Below, in pieces: positions 37,454 to 50,466 of a stretch of 64,000 bases of DNA. The stretch spans positions 10,603,875 through 10,667,874 of the forward strand of contig OZ316891.1 in the NCBI GenBank assembly GCA_973895155.1, read 5' to 3'. This DNA comes from Marsupella aquatica. Its lineage: Eukaryota; Plantae; Marchantiophyta. The position numbers were made by a program, and so were the translations under genes. Below the pieces are notes generated by a model, which saw nothing but the letters and a program-made list of their open reading frames with translations, did no database searches and was not told the origin of the DNA. Numbering within the stretch: the stretch's first letter is position 1; each line of letters begins with the position of its first letter.

Positions 37454-37929
37454 TAAGGGTGAAACCTGGTGAATTCAGGTTTTGTTATGGCTAGAGGCGG
37501 TTTAAGCTAGGGAAACTCAAATGGTGCAACTTGCTTGAAAGAAAAACACTTGCAGTTCATGTTCCTGGAAGTTTTGTAATGGTTCCTACCAGCTACTGAG
37601 TTTGTATGGGGCATACGACATGGACTGAACCCGGCCGCTTTATGATTTACCATTGATGCGGGGCTTAGAGCCACAAGTATGAGTGTGAGGGAATTGTGCT
37701 CTACAAGCCTAGAACAAAGTAACACAATGAATTACTGAAACCCTATTATGGTGTGATGGTCCTTACACAATGAACCTTATAATGTCAAGGGTTGAATTTG
37801 TTTGAATGTCGGCATCAAAGTGTGAATCAGTCCAAGACAAGCTCGGAGCAGCCCATGCTTTGCAATTGCCCCTCACACAACACACCACTACACTAGCTGT
37901 TCAACTTTCCTCATGCTTGGGAAGCATAA

Positions 37930-38580
37930 AGCGGTTGTGGAACATATGATAGTGTCTTCAGTCACTTGCCATTGTGCACTTGTGACATTCTATGTCTGTC
38001 CACCACCAGAGCAAATTAGTTTTACTTGCGCAGTTAAGGAAAATCATGGATTGGCACTTGCTTTGGGACTAAGCCTTAATGACATGCAACAATTTTGTAT
38101 ATTAAGACCTTTTTCTGTCATGTTAAGCTACTTATAAACTTTATTTGCTAATTCCCAGTCTGCCCCTTTTTTACTCTTGGTATCAATCTGACCAAGCACC
38201 AAGGTCTCCAACAATATTCACAATCATCCACTTTCATTTATGATTGACAATGCGAAAGAGGTGGACTTTTGTTCACGTAGAAAGTAGTTGTTGGAATAAA
38301 TCTAGACCAAAAAAGATATTGTCAACCCATGTGAACAATATCCATACACTCCGACACTAAAAATATGCGATTCACCTTGTCCGGGTTATGTCCACGGCCG
38401 TGAGAGAAAACTAGTAATACAAAATGATTACATCCGCCACAGCCAATTTGTTAGAGCTCCTCCTCTCACCTTCCCACTTGTTCTAAAGCAGTTTCACAAG
38501 TTTGTGGTCCTCATGGGTATATTCTCCAATGGTTTATGGGAACTTGAAACTCAAGCAAATGTTATCCTAGTTTGCCAAAA
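37930..38580 (-). pseudogene. Very degraded PIF/Harbinger nuclease relic
   Basis: Across frameshifts the minus strand gives FKFP.TIG, FSLTAV, IAYF.VG, DLFQ..NYF, IVGDLG and NTKL fragments in HARBI1-family motif order. Confidence 0.35.
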
Positions 38581-40293
38581 CTTAACTAGTACTATGAGAA
38601 TAAATAGGTTATATTAGAGGCATAACCTAAGACTAGCGCCCTTGATTAAACTCTAATTTAAATAGTGCAGGGTGACACCATGGCATGTAGCTGCATGATT
38701 CAATTGTAAAGGACTTTATTGGCATCACACAACTACTATAATAGAAAAATATTATTCAATGAAAAAGTAAATATCCCCTTTGGATTTCTGCATCTCATCC
38801 ACACCTGAGAAAGACATTGATATGTATGCCACACATCAAAAGGATTTACTTTCCGCAGACCATTTTGCATCCTGTTTGGAGTCTTGCATGTTTGTCCTTG
38901 CTGGAGGCATCAAACCTTTCCAGGCCAAAGCAGGCATAGCTATGTGATAGCTCACTTGAGTAGGCATGGCTACTTGATAGCTCACTTGAGTAAGGACTCA
39001 TGAGTCTTGGGTTCAAATGTTGTAGTTGGCTTCTCTTGCCTCCCTTGCTCTGAAGTTTCATGGATTTTTCCCGTTAATCAAACCCTTGTGAGACAACAGA
39101 TTTCTATCTTCGAAAACTAAATTTATGTCAGTAGCCCCATGGGTCTACATCTGATATCCTTACGATGAACTATCAAATACATATGATATCTAATCTACTC
39201 GGTATGCAATCCCCACGCTTACAAAGGCCGCCAGAAGCCATGGCTGACAGGCCATGTTTTGCCAAAGGTCGTTCTTACGCATTCGGTTTTACTTCTCTGG
39301 AATGTGTCTAGCTTTTGTCTCAAAGTTTCACCTTTCAAGCCCACCTTCTGTCATGATGTGTTCTCGTCCGAACTTCGCATCGTGGAAATCGAAGTACCAG
39401 GAGGCTCTTACGGTGGTTTATCAGTTAGCCCTGCTCGACAATCAGTAAAAATGTTCGTAATCGAAAAGCCCTGAAACGAACCATCAAGCTCTGCAAATTG
39501 GAACTCTAGATTTCATCAGAACTTCCCCAACTCGAGGAAGGCTAAAGACCGAATGCAATTTGTCAGGGCAGGATCTTTCAAACCTTACAAGAGGAAACAT
39601 TTATGATACAAGTATCCCGGCTGAATTGCTAACGATCCCGAACCCGAATCATATAAACTCAACATTACGGTACATGTGACAATCAATCCACCCAAACGAA
39701 ACCTTAAACCTCACCTAAAGAACAAGCCTGTGAAGCAGCTACACCCCAAGAATATCCATGACTATCAACAAATTCATCAACAAAAGAAATTTCTTCGTCA
39801 AGAAGAACGAGAATAAATTTTGACAAACCATTCTTCTTCTTGCTTTTGCGGGGTAAAGCCACATTCTCGTACCAGAGACACTAATCGAATGTGGCGAGAT
39901 GGAGCACAACACTGGCAGACAATGTGTGCCCCAGATGTGCTCAACCGTCATTCAAATTCTTCGAGGAGGACTAGTCATTCCAAAAACCCTTGCCAACGGT
40001 GGATCCATCAGCAGCAGTTGACAGTGGGCACGGAATGGGCTTGACAAGTTTGGTGTCTTCTTCAAGGGCTGGGGCGTGTCCATTACAGTTGACGATATAC
40101 CGCCTCAAGAGTGCAAATCTTCCGCTCGGGAATTTCTTCAAACAAGTGACAAAGAAGGATCGAGTGCCAGACCCATATGGGTTTCTACCGTGCATTCCAC
40201 CAAATGTTGCGTTGAAAACAAGAAACTCGAGAGCAACAGTCAGGTGAAGTAAAGATGAACCGACATTTTGTATGTGGAAGAGTCCCACCACCT

Positions 40294-43200
40294 TTAAACA
40301 ATTGGGTGTCTCTTGTGTGGTGCCAACGAAGAGCTCAGCAGGTTGTACAAATACAATCTCTGCTCTTGCTCACCTACTTGGTCATCCCACTGAAAAAAAC
40401 ACATTCAAAATCCTGATTTAGGTTCTATTTTTGTGCCTCAGGATCCAGCAGTAGAACATCAAGACATGGGTAGTTCCTCCCAGAATACAGTTTCTAATTG
40501 CCATGCAATCAAGGAACGGTGATCAATGTCATGTATTTCCTAACATTCAACACACGAGTACTTATACAGTTGTTATCAAGATGACAATACCTCTTGATAG
40601 GGGATTGAAAACACAGTCCACCCAGCCGCACCTAGCTGCCTGCGCTTCAACATTGTATGACCGAGTGCTGTTCCTGTCGTTAAAGAGAAAAAGAGGGGAT
40701 CAATCACAGATCAGTAGATAGCGCAATCAAGGGCTTTGTAAATAGTAAAGATGTTGAATTTAGTACAAATATAGTTGCAAGCAGGTAAAGTATCATTTTC
40801 TTTCTTCGTTCATTTACCTCAAACGTGAAAAAGATGTTCATCCACAGATCCTAATCATACAACAAAAGGAGCAGCGGCAGTTGGGAATCCAGGCCCATGA
40901 CACACTTAACATACGTTTACTATTCAATTGGCCCCATAAAAGCGGTAGCAGAGCAAAAACAAACGAAGTTATCGCAGTCAATTAGAGTCACCCTCGGCTG
41001 GACAAATCAAACGACTAATTTTCATCACAACAATCATCAGATAGTACTAACCTGTGTTCCGAGCAAAGTGGGATGGCCCATCAATTTCCAGGCAGATCCT
41101 TTCTTCCACCAAAGCAGCATCCAGAGAATAGTCTGCATCTGTGTATTCAGCGACCCAGCGTCGTCCCATGCCCACTAGTAGCCTCCCCACATTCAGTTGG
41201 GTTACAGAGGTTGATGTATGGCCGACTTTCTTGGCTTTCCACTCCATGAGCGCTAGATTTTCAAGTGACTTACCCAACGACAAACCGAGGTGAGGGTACT
41301 CCAGCTGTAAGCTAAGGTTGGTTTGATAGAGTTGTGACAACTGCAAGCCTGGGCAAGGTAACTCCTTCACCGAAGTCCTAATTCCAAGTCCCTTGTCCAT
41401 AATGGACTGCCAAATTAGACTAAACGACGGCCTCTCGAGCTGGTCCAAAACAGTGTAAGACCATGACAAGCTTGCAAGCTCGCTCACCCTGAAGGTTTTA
41501 AAATAATCCTCAGCAGAAGCCCACTTGCTCAATTGTTTGCTTTTACGAATCTCAGTGTGTTGATTGGAGTCCAGAGCTACTAATGCCTTGCCCTGTGAAT
41601 TCTTGCCAAATTCGACTTCACTGTTCAAGAGTTCAGCAGTGAGAAAACTATCCGAGACGTAAAGTGGCAGAATCTCATCTTCTCCAGTCGGCTGAACGTC
41701 TGTGGTCTCTATTCTCTCCACCATTCTCTGTAAGGAACTCTGACATTCTGAGTCCAGGGAGTCGAGTAGAAGATTTGCCGGCTGGTTTAACGTAGCAAAT
41801 GCCCAAAGTAGTTGTGCCAATTCCTGAGACTGAAACTCACGGTAACAAACGCTTGCTCTCCGTTCTAATGCTTCAAAGACACCGGGTATACAATGCTGCA
41901 TAGAAGCAAAAGCACCCGCAATATTTGCAATATGCTGTGGTTCCAGATCTGAAAGCTTTGTGATTGCAACCTCCGCCAGAAGATCCATTTCGGTCCAGTA
42001 CAAAGAATACCCACCCACTTTAGACAATGCCCACGCAATATTGGAAATACTTTGGGCTGAGCAGATTGGAAGCACCTCAATTGCTGCACTGACCAATTGG
42101 GCCATAACCTTCTGCCTTGCAAAAGCAAGTCGGTCACTTTTGTGCATGGACCCTGCCTCCATGTGTTTCGCAATCCTGTGAAGGGCAGTGGAAACATTGA
42201 AAGGGCTCAGAGGACTCTCATGTCCCCAAATATTATCCTCTATCACATCACCAACGACGGAGAGCACCTCGGCTGCATCAGCTGCTCCAACCAACCTTCT
42301 ATTCAAGTCAAAATTTTCTTGACGCTTCTGCTTGCTGGGCGCAGAATAAACACGAGGTTCTGCACATAGAGTGCCAGTAGGTAGTTTACTCCTAACGGGC
42401 ACCTCATATCCGTGTCCTACAGAAACACCAGCAAGAAAACAGGAGTCATCAGGTTCTTCAAATACTTGACAATCCAAGTTTCACAATCTCTGTGAGGAGG
42501 AGTTCAGCAAGGTCAACCATCACACGAGAACAACTTGGCCATCTTCAATTAGGCAGAACGCACTCCAAAAGTGGGCTGAGGTGAGAATACAACTTAGGCA
42601 TACAACGTTAATTGAAACAGCTAGGTCGTAGGAATTACCAGAGCTTTCAGCATTCTTCGGGAGTGGAATGACACGTCTTGTCGAGGATTCCTTCGACTCT
42701 CCTTTCACAGGATCTGCTGTGCGGATCTCCCCGACTGTGCTGTTACCCAGACTCTTCCAATAGTTTCCAAGAGCAGCAAGTCCTTCCAAACCTCCACTCT
42801 GGCCCACCGCCTTCATCAAGGGGTTTGCCATAAGAGGTTCTTTCAATCTGTCATCACCGGTTAGCGAACCCTTCTCATCTAAAGCTTCAGCTATCTTCTC
42901 CAGCCTCTCCAGCTTTGACTTGGTCATACGCATTTCTGGAGCAGGAGCCTTCTTTTTCTTCTTTTTCCTCCTCTTCTTCTTTCCCCCATCCTCCAGCAGG
43001 GCTCCAACGGGCAACTCTCTCTCCTCGATGGCCTTGATGGCTCTCGCTCGAGCTTTGACCGACCAATCGCCCAGTGAAGCTTCTTCTTTCGCAGAATTGA
43101 GCTCATGCTCTTCATCCCAGTCTCCAAGTCTTCTTCTTCCATATGTACCGGAAGGCCTGGAAAAGTCTTCAAAAATCTGGGCTTCCCAGTCATCATCATC

Positions 43201-43422
43201 CCCCTCTTTGCTTCCCTGCTCGGCCGTAGAGCTGGTCGTTCCAACCGCCACCGTGCAAACCCACCTGGATTGAGTCCTTATTCCCGCAATCTTGAGCAAA
43301 AACCCATTCCCCTGCTTGTTTACCAGACCTGCGGAGAGTGCAATCTCTGCAATAGACCCAACTCTCTGCGGCTGATTTATTGGCGACGCTATAGAAACAA
43401 CGGGAGCTCCGAAGAGCGACAT
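40294..43422 (-). CDS. RAP: Plastid RAP-domain/OPR protein (exons ~43422-42639, 42416-41052, 40673-40581, 40389-40294)
   Basis: STALHRIAKHME...AQSISNIAWALSK...QHIANIAGAFASM...QELAQLLWAFA (OPR repeats); RAP domain YSLDAAL...LEIDGPSHF.RN.G / TALGHTMLKRRQLGAAGWTVFSIPYQE / WDDQVGEQEQRLYL. Resembles Arabidopsis RAP, which acts in chloroplast 16S rRNA maturation. Confidence 0.92.
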
Positions 43423-43693
43423 CCTTTTCTCTGTTTGGCTGGGTGCGGCTCAGGTTTCAGTCTGTTTCGTCCAGCTCTGTTTCGTCCAACTCTGGCACCA
43501 TCGTCCTCCTCCTTTCCTGGCGGTGTCTGCTGCTGCTAACCAATCGTTGCGCAATTCAGGTTAGCACGATGGGGTAGCAGAATTGGCAACTTACTGACCC
43601 GCTGAGCTCCTTCTTTCGACTTGACAATCCAAGGGCAGTTACTCGAAGACCCGCTTTCGAATTGACAATCCCAGGGAAGTTACTCGAAGCCTC

Positions 43694-44390
43694 TGTTGGG
43701 CAAACAAGACACCTGAGCTGGAGGATAGCAGATCACAATCAACCCATAGATCCAGGCCCTATGCCATAGCATAAAGAGAACAGTAGAAGCCTTTACATGA
43801 GCGTTGACGTCGACATGGTCAATCTCAGTGTTCAGACTTCAGACAAGTGATGCAGATTTACAGAAGGTGGAGTCCACGTCTACGGAATTTCAGGGCTGTT
43901 TTAAACTCCAGGGTTGCTACACTCCAACAGACTTGAGGCACACCAATAAGACGTTGGTATCATTTAGGCTGAGCCTTTGCCAAACAAAAGAGTGGTGGAG
44001 TAGTCACAGTCGTCCTGTCCTAAGATCATCTTATGATGTCAATTTAAGTCCACGTAAGTTTGCATGTATCAAAGAATGACAAGGAAGGAAGAACTCTTTG
44101 CAAGTCTCTAGTGAAGGAAAAATAGCCCAACGTGAGTTATTTAGGGCTTGACTCAGAAGAGGCAGTCTCTTGTGGGTTATGCACTTTGAGGTCTGCTGTT
44201 GTATCTTACAGACGTCTGTAATTTGGCTTATATTGTATACCTTCCGAGTTTTTTTTTAGACTTTCTTGAGTAAATCCGAATCTTACTCTCAATCAATCCA
44301 CTCTTTGAACTCAGTGGCTAGTTTGGGGATTCGCAGTGTTTGAAGTCCTACTCGCTGTATCAGTTCATTGTGTTTTCGTTTTCCACAACG
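43694..44390. mobile_element. Possible copia-like solo LTR
   Basis: Begins TGTTGGG and ends TTCCACAACG (near CAACA), with an LTR-like interior; no TSD found. Confidence 0.3.
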
Positions 44391-45107
44391 AGAAGCACGA
44401 GGTTCTCAGCTACAAAATAAATTCACACAAGAGTAGGTTGTTGCTAATCAAAAGTAGACTTGTCAACACGACAAAGTTGCAGACCGTAAATGAAGATAAT
44501 GGAAGAGTGGAATTGGTGGGTGGTGCTTCAGAGTACTAGTGGCCATTTGGGCTTCTTGCTGAATTTTGAGCTTCTCCTCTTTCATCTAAACGACAATTAG
44601 CTTCTGCAGAGTTCTGCTAATTCTGGTACACACTTGGTACCAACATAGACCGTGGTCTGGACAGACAAGGAACCAACGTTTGCCAAAACATTTGAATGTG
44701 TGTAATTGGGTTCAAATAACGCGGGAGCTTGCTGAGGACAAAATCAGCAGTGTTTGATGATCATTCGAGAGGGCCACCTAAAAACATTCGGAGGGCTGAT
44801 CAATGGATAGAAAATATCGTTACCTTCAAACGCATGGAAATACAAGGTGACCGTGAAGTTAATAAAGTGTCACAAAATGCATGAAAGCGCAACTTGTGAT
44901 GTCCTTCGAGATCGCCAAGGGTCCATTGACCTCCATTTATTGGCCACTGAAATGTCAGTGCCCTCTCCGGTTCGAGAACTTTGGATATTTTCTTTCATCA
45001 TGGATCCGAACAGCTAAACCCTAAACCTACGACCCTGAATGCCTAATTTCCGCTTTAAATATACACTCACTCGCTGCAAACTGCAAGCGCTATGTGTGGC
45101 ACGTGAC

Positions 45108-46445
45108 TCAACTCATGTCTACCAACTCAATCACATAATCTAAGCCACTTCCACCTTGCTGCTTTCGAGTTGGCAGCAAGCTCTGGGATTTTATATGTTC
45201 GGTAATTCCTCCCAAAGGAGATAAGTTAGCACCAAAATCTACCAGAGATTGCACCATTTCTCTCATTGACTTCAACTCCTTGTGAAAATCGGCAGATAGA
45301 ACAAATTGTGTGAAGTGCACTTCGAGAACCACACCAACCCAACTCAAAACTTGTGCAAAAGGCGGCACTCTGCCACTCTGAGGCGTTGGGAAATTTTCCA
45401 AGTGAGAAGAATATCGCCCTATCCATTTACATAAGTAATGCGTAAGCTGCAAAACTTGAACAGTGCTAAGCTGAGACACAACCGAGGAGAGTACAGCTTC
45501 ATCGAGCCCTGACGTGAGGAGATGATGGATGCAGAGCTCGGGTGAGGAGAAGCCATCGATAGCCATAGCAAGTCCAATTGCAGAAGAGACTGAGGTATCG
45601 TGACCCATGGATAACTTCTCCACATTGTGGACGACGGACTTACTGGTCGCAGCTAGTTTGGCAGCTCGATTCTTCACCACCTTTTCAATCTCTTCAGTAG
45701 CCATAATCCTCCATTCACTTCTTACAGGCGCAAAGCACTTGGAGGGGTTGGCAATGCTGTCGAGGAAGAACGCAAGCAGAGTATATACATCTTGCGGTGT
45801 TAAGTCCGGGACATTCGAAATGTAAAAACAAAGGAGAAGCGGTTTCTCTTCTTCAACTAAACTTTGTACCAACTTCGGAAGGGAATTACTGACCACAACT
45901 TGACGTTCCAAAAGAATCTGCACGACGGTCCAGACGCTCAGGGCGACGGAACACTCGAGGATGGCAGATATCAATCTGTGCCCGAACTCTTTACAAGAGT
46001 CTTTCAGTATCTTTAAAACAGACTCCTCATCTACACCGTCCACTAACCCGTTTCGTCTCCGTCGAGGAGACTTTCCCTTGGAAGGAGTGGGCTCGTCTTG
46101 CTTAACTTTCAATCTGAGCAAGTAAGATCCCAACAACCCAAAGAAACTTTGCTTCGAAAAATAATCTGACTGCTGGAGGATTTTCTTCAGTTCCTTGACG
46201 AGAAGGTGTTCCTCGCTCTCTGTAGATGGCGTTACGTCTCCGCTATTCAATGCCAATCGCTTCAGAAGGTCAGAGCTGCCACTCTCAACATTTTGAACTT
46301 GGTCATTGACGTCATTCAGCTGGTCGATCCACGTAGAGGAAGCAGTACTCGAGAACAGGGAATCCTCCTCGTATTGCTCCACATTGACTGCTGACTTCAC
46401 AACTTCCAGCCATGATGCCTCCGAGGTCACCAACTCACCTCCCAT
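45108..46445 (-). CDS. NOL11/Utp8-like nucleolar (SSU processome) protein, single coding exon
   Basis: Long ORF; the C-terminus VPPFAQVLSWVGVVLEVHFTQFVL...LDYVIELVDMS resembles the NOL11 C-terminal pattern (P..QV.DW...LLDAHF...YSIEVL). ATG 46445 follows a tgcag acceptor, and teloboxes lie upstream. Confidence 0.7.
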   Translation of the reverse strand: MGGELVTSEASWLEVVKSAVNVEQYEEDSLFSSTASSTWIDQLNDVNDQVQNVESGSSDLLKRLALNSGDVTPSTESEEHLLVKELKKILQQSDYFSKQSFFGLLGSYLLRLKVKQDEPTPSKGKSPRRRRNGLVDGVDEESVLKILKDSCKEFGHRLISAILECSVALSVWTVVQILLERQVVVSNSLPKLVQSLVEEEKPLLLCFYISNVPDLTPQDVYTLLAFFLDSIANPSKCFAPVRSEWRIMATEEIEKVVKNRAAKLAATSKSVVHNVEKLSMGHDTSVSSAIGLAMAIDGFSSPELCIHHLLTSGLDEAVLSSVVSQLSTVQVLQLTHYLCKWIGRYSSHLENFPTPQSGRVPPFAQVLSWVGVVLEVHFTQFVLSADFHKELKSMREMVQSLVDFGANLSPLGGITEHIKSQSLLPTRKQQGGSGLDYVIELVDMS

Positions 46446-47147
46446 TACTGCAATCCAAATTTCACAGTTCAGAAACACAATCCTGACAAAATCTACAATG
46501 CACCCACCAGTCCCCGCCTGCACAGTTACGCCTGAGAAAGACAACTATCTGTCACATGGATTCATCCACGAGATTAAGCCCTAAACTCCCAAGGGATGAG
46601 GCAAATCACGGTTCTGGACATCTTAATATCGCACAGAAGATGAACTCAATGGCAACGGAAAATACCAAAAAGCCTTCGAGAAGTGCTTCAGCCGTCAGAC
46701 CCATAAAAATACTCTAAAAGAAATTTTCACTCTACACCACACCTAAACCTGAAACAACCATCTCTTCACCAACTCAACAATGGAGCAGTTCGTGGCATTC
46801 CAGCAGAGGGCCCGCAACTGTTGCAAAACCCCACAAGAACCACAACAGCAAACCAATTCCAGCAGGAACATGGAGAATTCGAATACCCAGGGAAGAAGCA
46901 TCGGCAGCGAATAAGCGCACAGACGAGGATTGCAAAACTCACAGGGCAAAATTCCTCTTGCAATCAAACCAACAGAAGAAGTCCAACCAGAAACAAAATA
47001 CATCACAACATAAAGCACATGGAAAGGAAGTACTCACTAACGGAAGCATTCGGGAGATCGACGAGAAGAGCTGAGCACTGCTCCGCACGACTCTTGAAGC
47101 GTAGAGGACTGACGAAGGAATGAGCTCGGCCGGGGGGTCTATCGCGA

Positions 47148-47190
47148 AGGGGTCAGGGTTTTAGTATCCAGTCTTAGGGTTAGGGTTTGG
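47148..47190. promoter_or_regulatory. Telobox cluster (AAACCCTA-like) at the 5' end of the NOL11-like gene
   Basis: cagggttttag and ttagggttagggttt. Teloboxes are established features of plant ribosome-biogenesis gene promoters. Confidence 0.6.
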
Positions 47191-47224
47191 AACGCTTCTA
47201 CTACTGTAGTGCTCTGCTCGTCAC

Positions 47225-47582
47225 GGTTCGCTTTGAAACGGCAAACTCGTACGCAGTACTGATGTTACGTGGTTGGCTTACACCTATACTAACTAGGTTG
47301 CACTTATTCTCTTGCACACTTTTTTCAATCTGGGTTTTTCCATTCTTTGCACATGAATAGAACCAACTGGCTTAGGGCTGTCTTGCATGTGCGAACCAAC
47401 TGGCTTAGGGCTGTCTTGCATGTGAGGTTGTCTGCAACACTGTTCGCTTTGAAATGGCGCAGTACTGATGTTATGTGGTTGGCTTACACCTATAGTAACC
47501 AGGTTGCACTTTTTCTCTTGCACATTTTTTTCAATCTAGGTTTTTACATTCTTTGAACATGAATAGAACCAACTGGCTTAGG
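47225..47582. repeat. ~205-bp tandem duplication with an internal 31-bp repeat
   Basis: cgcagtactgatgtta.gtggttggcttacacctata...acatgaatagaaccaactggcttagg x2; aaccaactggcttagggctgtcttgcatgtg x2. Confidence 0.88.
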
Positions 47583-47930
47583 TCAGTTGGGTGGAGGATT
47601 ATTTAATTAACATGGACCTGAGCTCCCAGGTTCAAACCCCTCCACACTTGTATATGTGTGTGGGTGGGATGGGTTTTGTTGGTAGTGGATAAAGGGTATA
47701 TGTGTGTGAGTGGGATGGGTTTAGTGGGTAGTGGATGTGAGTTTTGATTATTTACTCGGTCCCTGGTGGTTGTCCACTTTGCAGGCCTCATTCAATCCTC
47801 TCTCCCTCCTGGTGCAGGTCCCTCTTTGATCCGTGGGGGCTCACTTTGAAATGAGTTCCTTAGAATGAATGTATGTCACTATTGGGGTGAAATGAGTTCC
47901 CTAGAATGAATGTTTGTCACTATTGGGGTG
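47576..47930 (+). mobile_element. tRNA-derived SINE-like element
   Basis: A-box-like TAGGTCAGTTGG (47579-47590) and B-box GGTTCAAACCC (47629-47639) at tRNA-like spacing, but no cloverleaf. GT-rich body; related copy at 21.8 kb. Confidence 0.55.
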
Positions 47931-48932
47931 GGGAGAGTACTTACTAAGTTTTCTTCCTAATTTTTGTTCAAGTCAACATGAATAGAGGTGAGGACAAAGA
48001 GTGCATCTCCCATGTATTCCTTAGGTTGCCAGCTCTATCACCTGGCTAGATCGCCAACTCCCTAGCACCAGCTACTCCTCAATGTCCTGTGTTTAAATGT
48101 CAATACTGACTGGTTGCCCATTTAGCTCCTTGCATTCAATCCATCTAGTTCAAAGTCTTGTATTCAATCTTGAGTAATGGTTCATACTCACCCCGCTACC
48201 TCCTTGTTATTTTCCACCCCAAACTCAATTTTTGGTTATGCCTTTAGAGTCACGGTCAAGAGGCTTCATTCTAGACAGTCATAACAGTAGCTTTTGATTG
48301 CGATTTACTAGTAAGATGGCATGAATTAATTATGTTCCTATAGGCCCAACCAATGAACTGTGTAACTTTCATGTATCATAACACTTTTTACGCGTTCACT
48401 TGCTGACACGTTAGAGCTTCAATACCCACTTCAATATCTCCCTGAATATCCAACTGAATAGGCTCTTCTTTGGGGTAGTTAGAAAAGAACTGAGAATTAA
48501 TAGATTGCCATGTGTTTGACCAGACAAATTTGACAACCAGTGTGGGAAGCTTGACAAATATTTTTTTACTATCTTTGATCTTGTGTGTGACTAAGTTTGG
48601 GCTGGGCTGGCGTAAGAGCAATGTGGTCAATCCAATCGTGTGCTGTTAGCTTTCGGATGGGTTGGAGGAGCCATACTCGAGGTAATTTAACCAGTGATGG
48701 AAAAGAGTGGCAATGTAAATAAACTTAAAGAGATTGCAACTTACTAATTTTGCATCAAAAGAATGGCAATCTAGTATTTCTCAGTTCCAACCAATCTAAT
48801 GTGTCTAGCAGGTTCTTCTTGGGCTGGTTAGAAATAGCTTGAAAAGATCTTTCCAACCAATCAAATGTCTCCAGTTTTCATGAATAATTGATTTATAGAG
48901 TTACTAGTTATACCTTCACAATTGGTGCACCA

Positions 48933-49215
48933 CCTGGGGGGTCTGACTTCCACTAAAATGACACATATCATGCGACAAAGCTTGGGTCATTTTATTGGTT
49001 TTAGAAGAAGACTTAAAAATGTATGTGGAAATATATTATGATCTTTATAAATCAGATTTTGAGACTTACAAGCAATTGTAGAATTTTCAAAACCAAAACT
49101 TTTGGATGGTGAAAGAAAAAATTAATAGGGGTAAAAAAAAGTTTGCTTCTTAGGGTTTTAGTGTGTTCAAACCTTCAAAACATCACAGGTGAGGAGGAAA
49201 CTTGGCACATCCCTG
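48933..49215. mobile_element. Diverged copy of the poly-G-TIR element at 51739-52071
   Basis: ctggggggtctgacttccactaaaatgacacatatcatgcgacaaag...gaagactt aligns with cgggggggtcacttccacggaagtggcacatcacgtgcgacaaag...gaagactt. Confidence 0.6.
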
Positions 49216-50162
49216 ACACAAGCAGCAACCTTTACCGCAAGTGCTTGCATAATTGCAATACTTGAGCCAACTTACATCTATCAGTCTAAACTTCTGTTCA
49301 TTATATTGTCACCTGACCAAGTGCTCAAATAAGTTTGACACTTGAGCCAACACCTATCCCTTTAAACTACTGTTCATTTTGTTGTCACCTTTGCAACCAG
49401 TGTACCTATCAGTAGCAAAGGTGCAGGGGGCCAGACACTTTTGGGATTCCAGGCATTTGCCGTGACTACCTCAGAAGGGCTCTTTTGTCCAATCGTTTCC
49501 CCTATTGCCCATAATTTCTCCCTACTCACTATCGAACAAACAACACTATTGTCCATCTACACTGTAATTGGTGTTATCTCCGAATTAGTGGTTGTTGTCA
49601 TCTAACCTTGGTAACTATCATTGGAGAGTGGGGCCAACTTCAGCAGAAAATAACCCTAATTACACTGACTTTTCTTGTTAAATGCTATTTGGGTTACAAT
49701 TCCATGATGGAAATGTATTCCCATCTGTCAAGTCTTACGATTCCAACAATGTGGTGATCTTTGCTCCCGTTGCTTTGGCAAGTAATGCAACCAGCATTCA
49801 TTTTTGAGGGATTCCCACCACAGAGAGCAAGATAGAAACACAGAAAGTGTGCCTGGTGCCGTTAAAATGTGTCTCCCTTGATTGTTTTCATTGATTTTCT
49901 TTCCAGGTCACATCAGCCTCCTAATAGTTTTATTCACAAACGGAATTAGTAGTACCCAATGTTACATGCACACATTACTAGTGTTAGTTTGTAATTAAAA
50001 TTGTTAAGTTTTATTGAAGCCACACGAGCAGAAATTTGAGCTATAAAAATAGTATTACTAAGACCTATATATTGTGCCGAACAATGTACTCTACACTCTA
50101 GCTAATTTTGTTGGGCTATGAAGGCCAATAACAGCGTAGACCACTCCTTCACTTCAATGGAG

Positions 50163-50305
50163 AATGTCGAAGTTAAGTATGTTTTATGTAGTAGTTCATT
50201 TGAGTTGCATCTAGCCCGGAGCCAAACTATCTGGAAAATGTCCAAGTTAAGTATGTTTTATGTAGTAGTTCATTCAAGTTGCATCTAGCCCAGAATCAAA
50301 CTATG
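50163..50305. repeat. ~74-bp tandem duplication
   Basis: aatgtc.aagttaagtatgttttatgtagtagttcatt..agttgcatctagccc x2. Confidence 0.85.
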
Positions 50306-50385
50306 GGTCACCTTTCTCAAACATGATGGTCCAAAGTATTTCTAAAGAAAAACCCTTGGGAAACTAAATGGCAGCACTGAAAAGA

Positions 50386-50444
<59 letters not shown>
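50386..50444. repeat. (CT)n microsatellite
   Basis: About 29 CT units with one interruption. Confidence 0.97.
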
Positions 50445-50447
<3 letters not shown>

Positions 50448-50466
50448 AGGTCGAGGTGATGAGTAT

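Noticed and set aside
42417-42638. Apparent split of RAP into two genes or a frameshift between ORFs 42520-43422 and 41047-42477
   Set aside because: Explained by a normal phase-1 GT-AG intron (TCT G|gtaatt ... tttctgtag|GA CAC).
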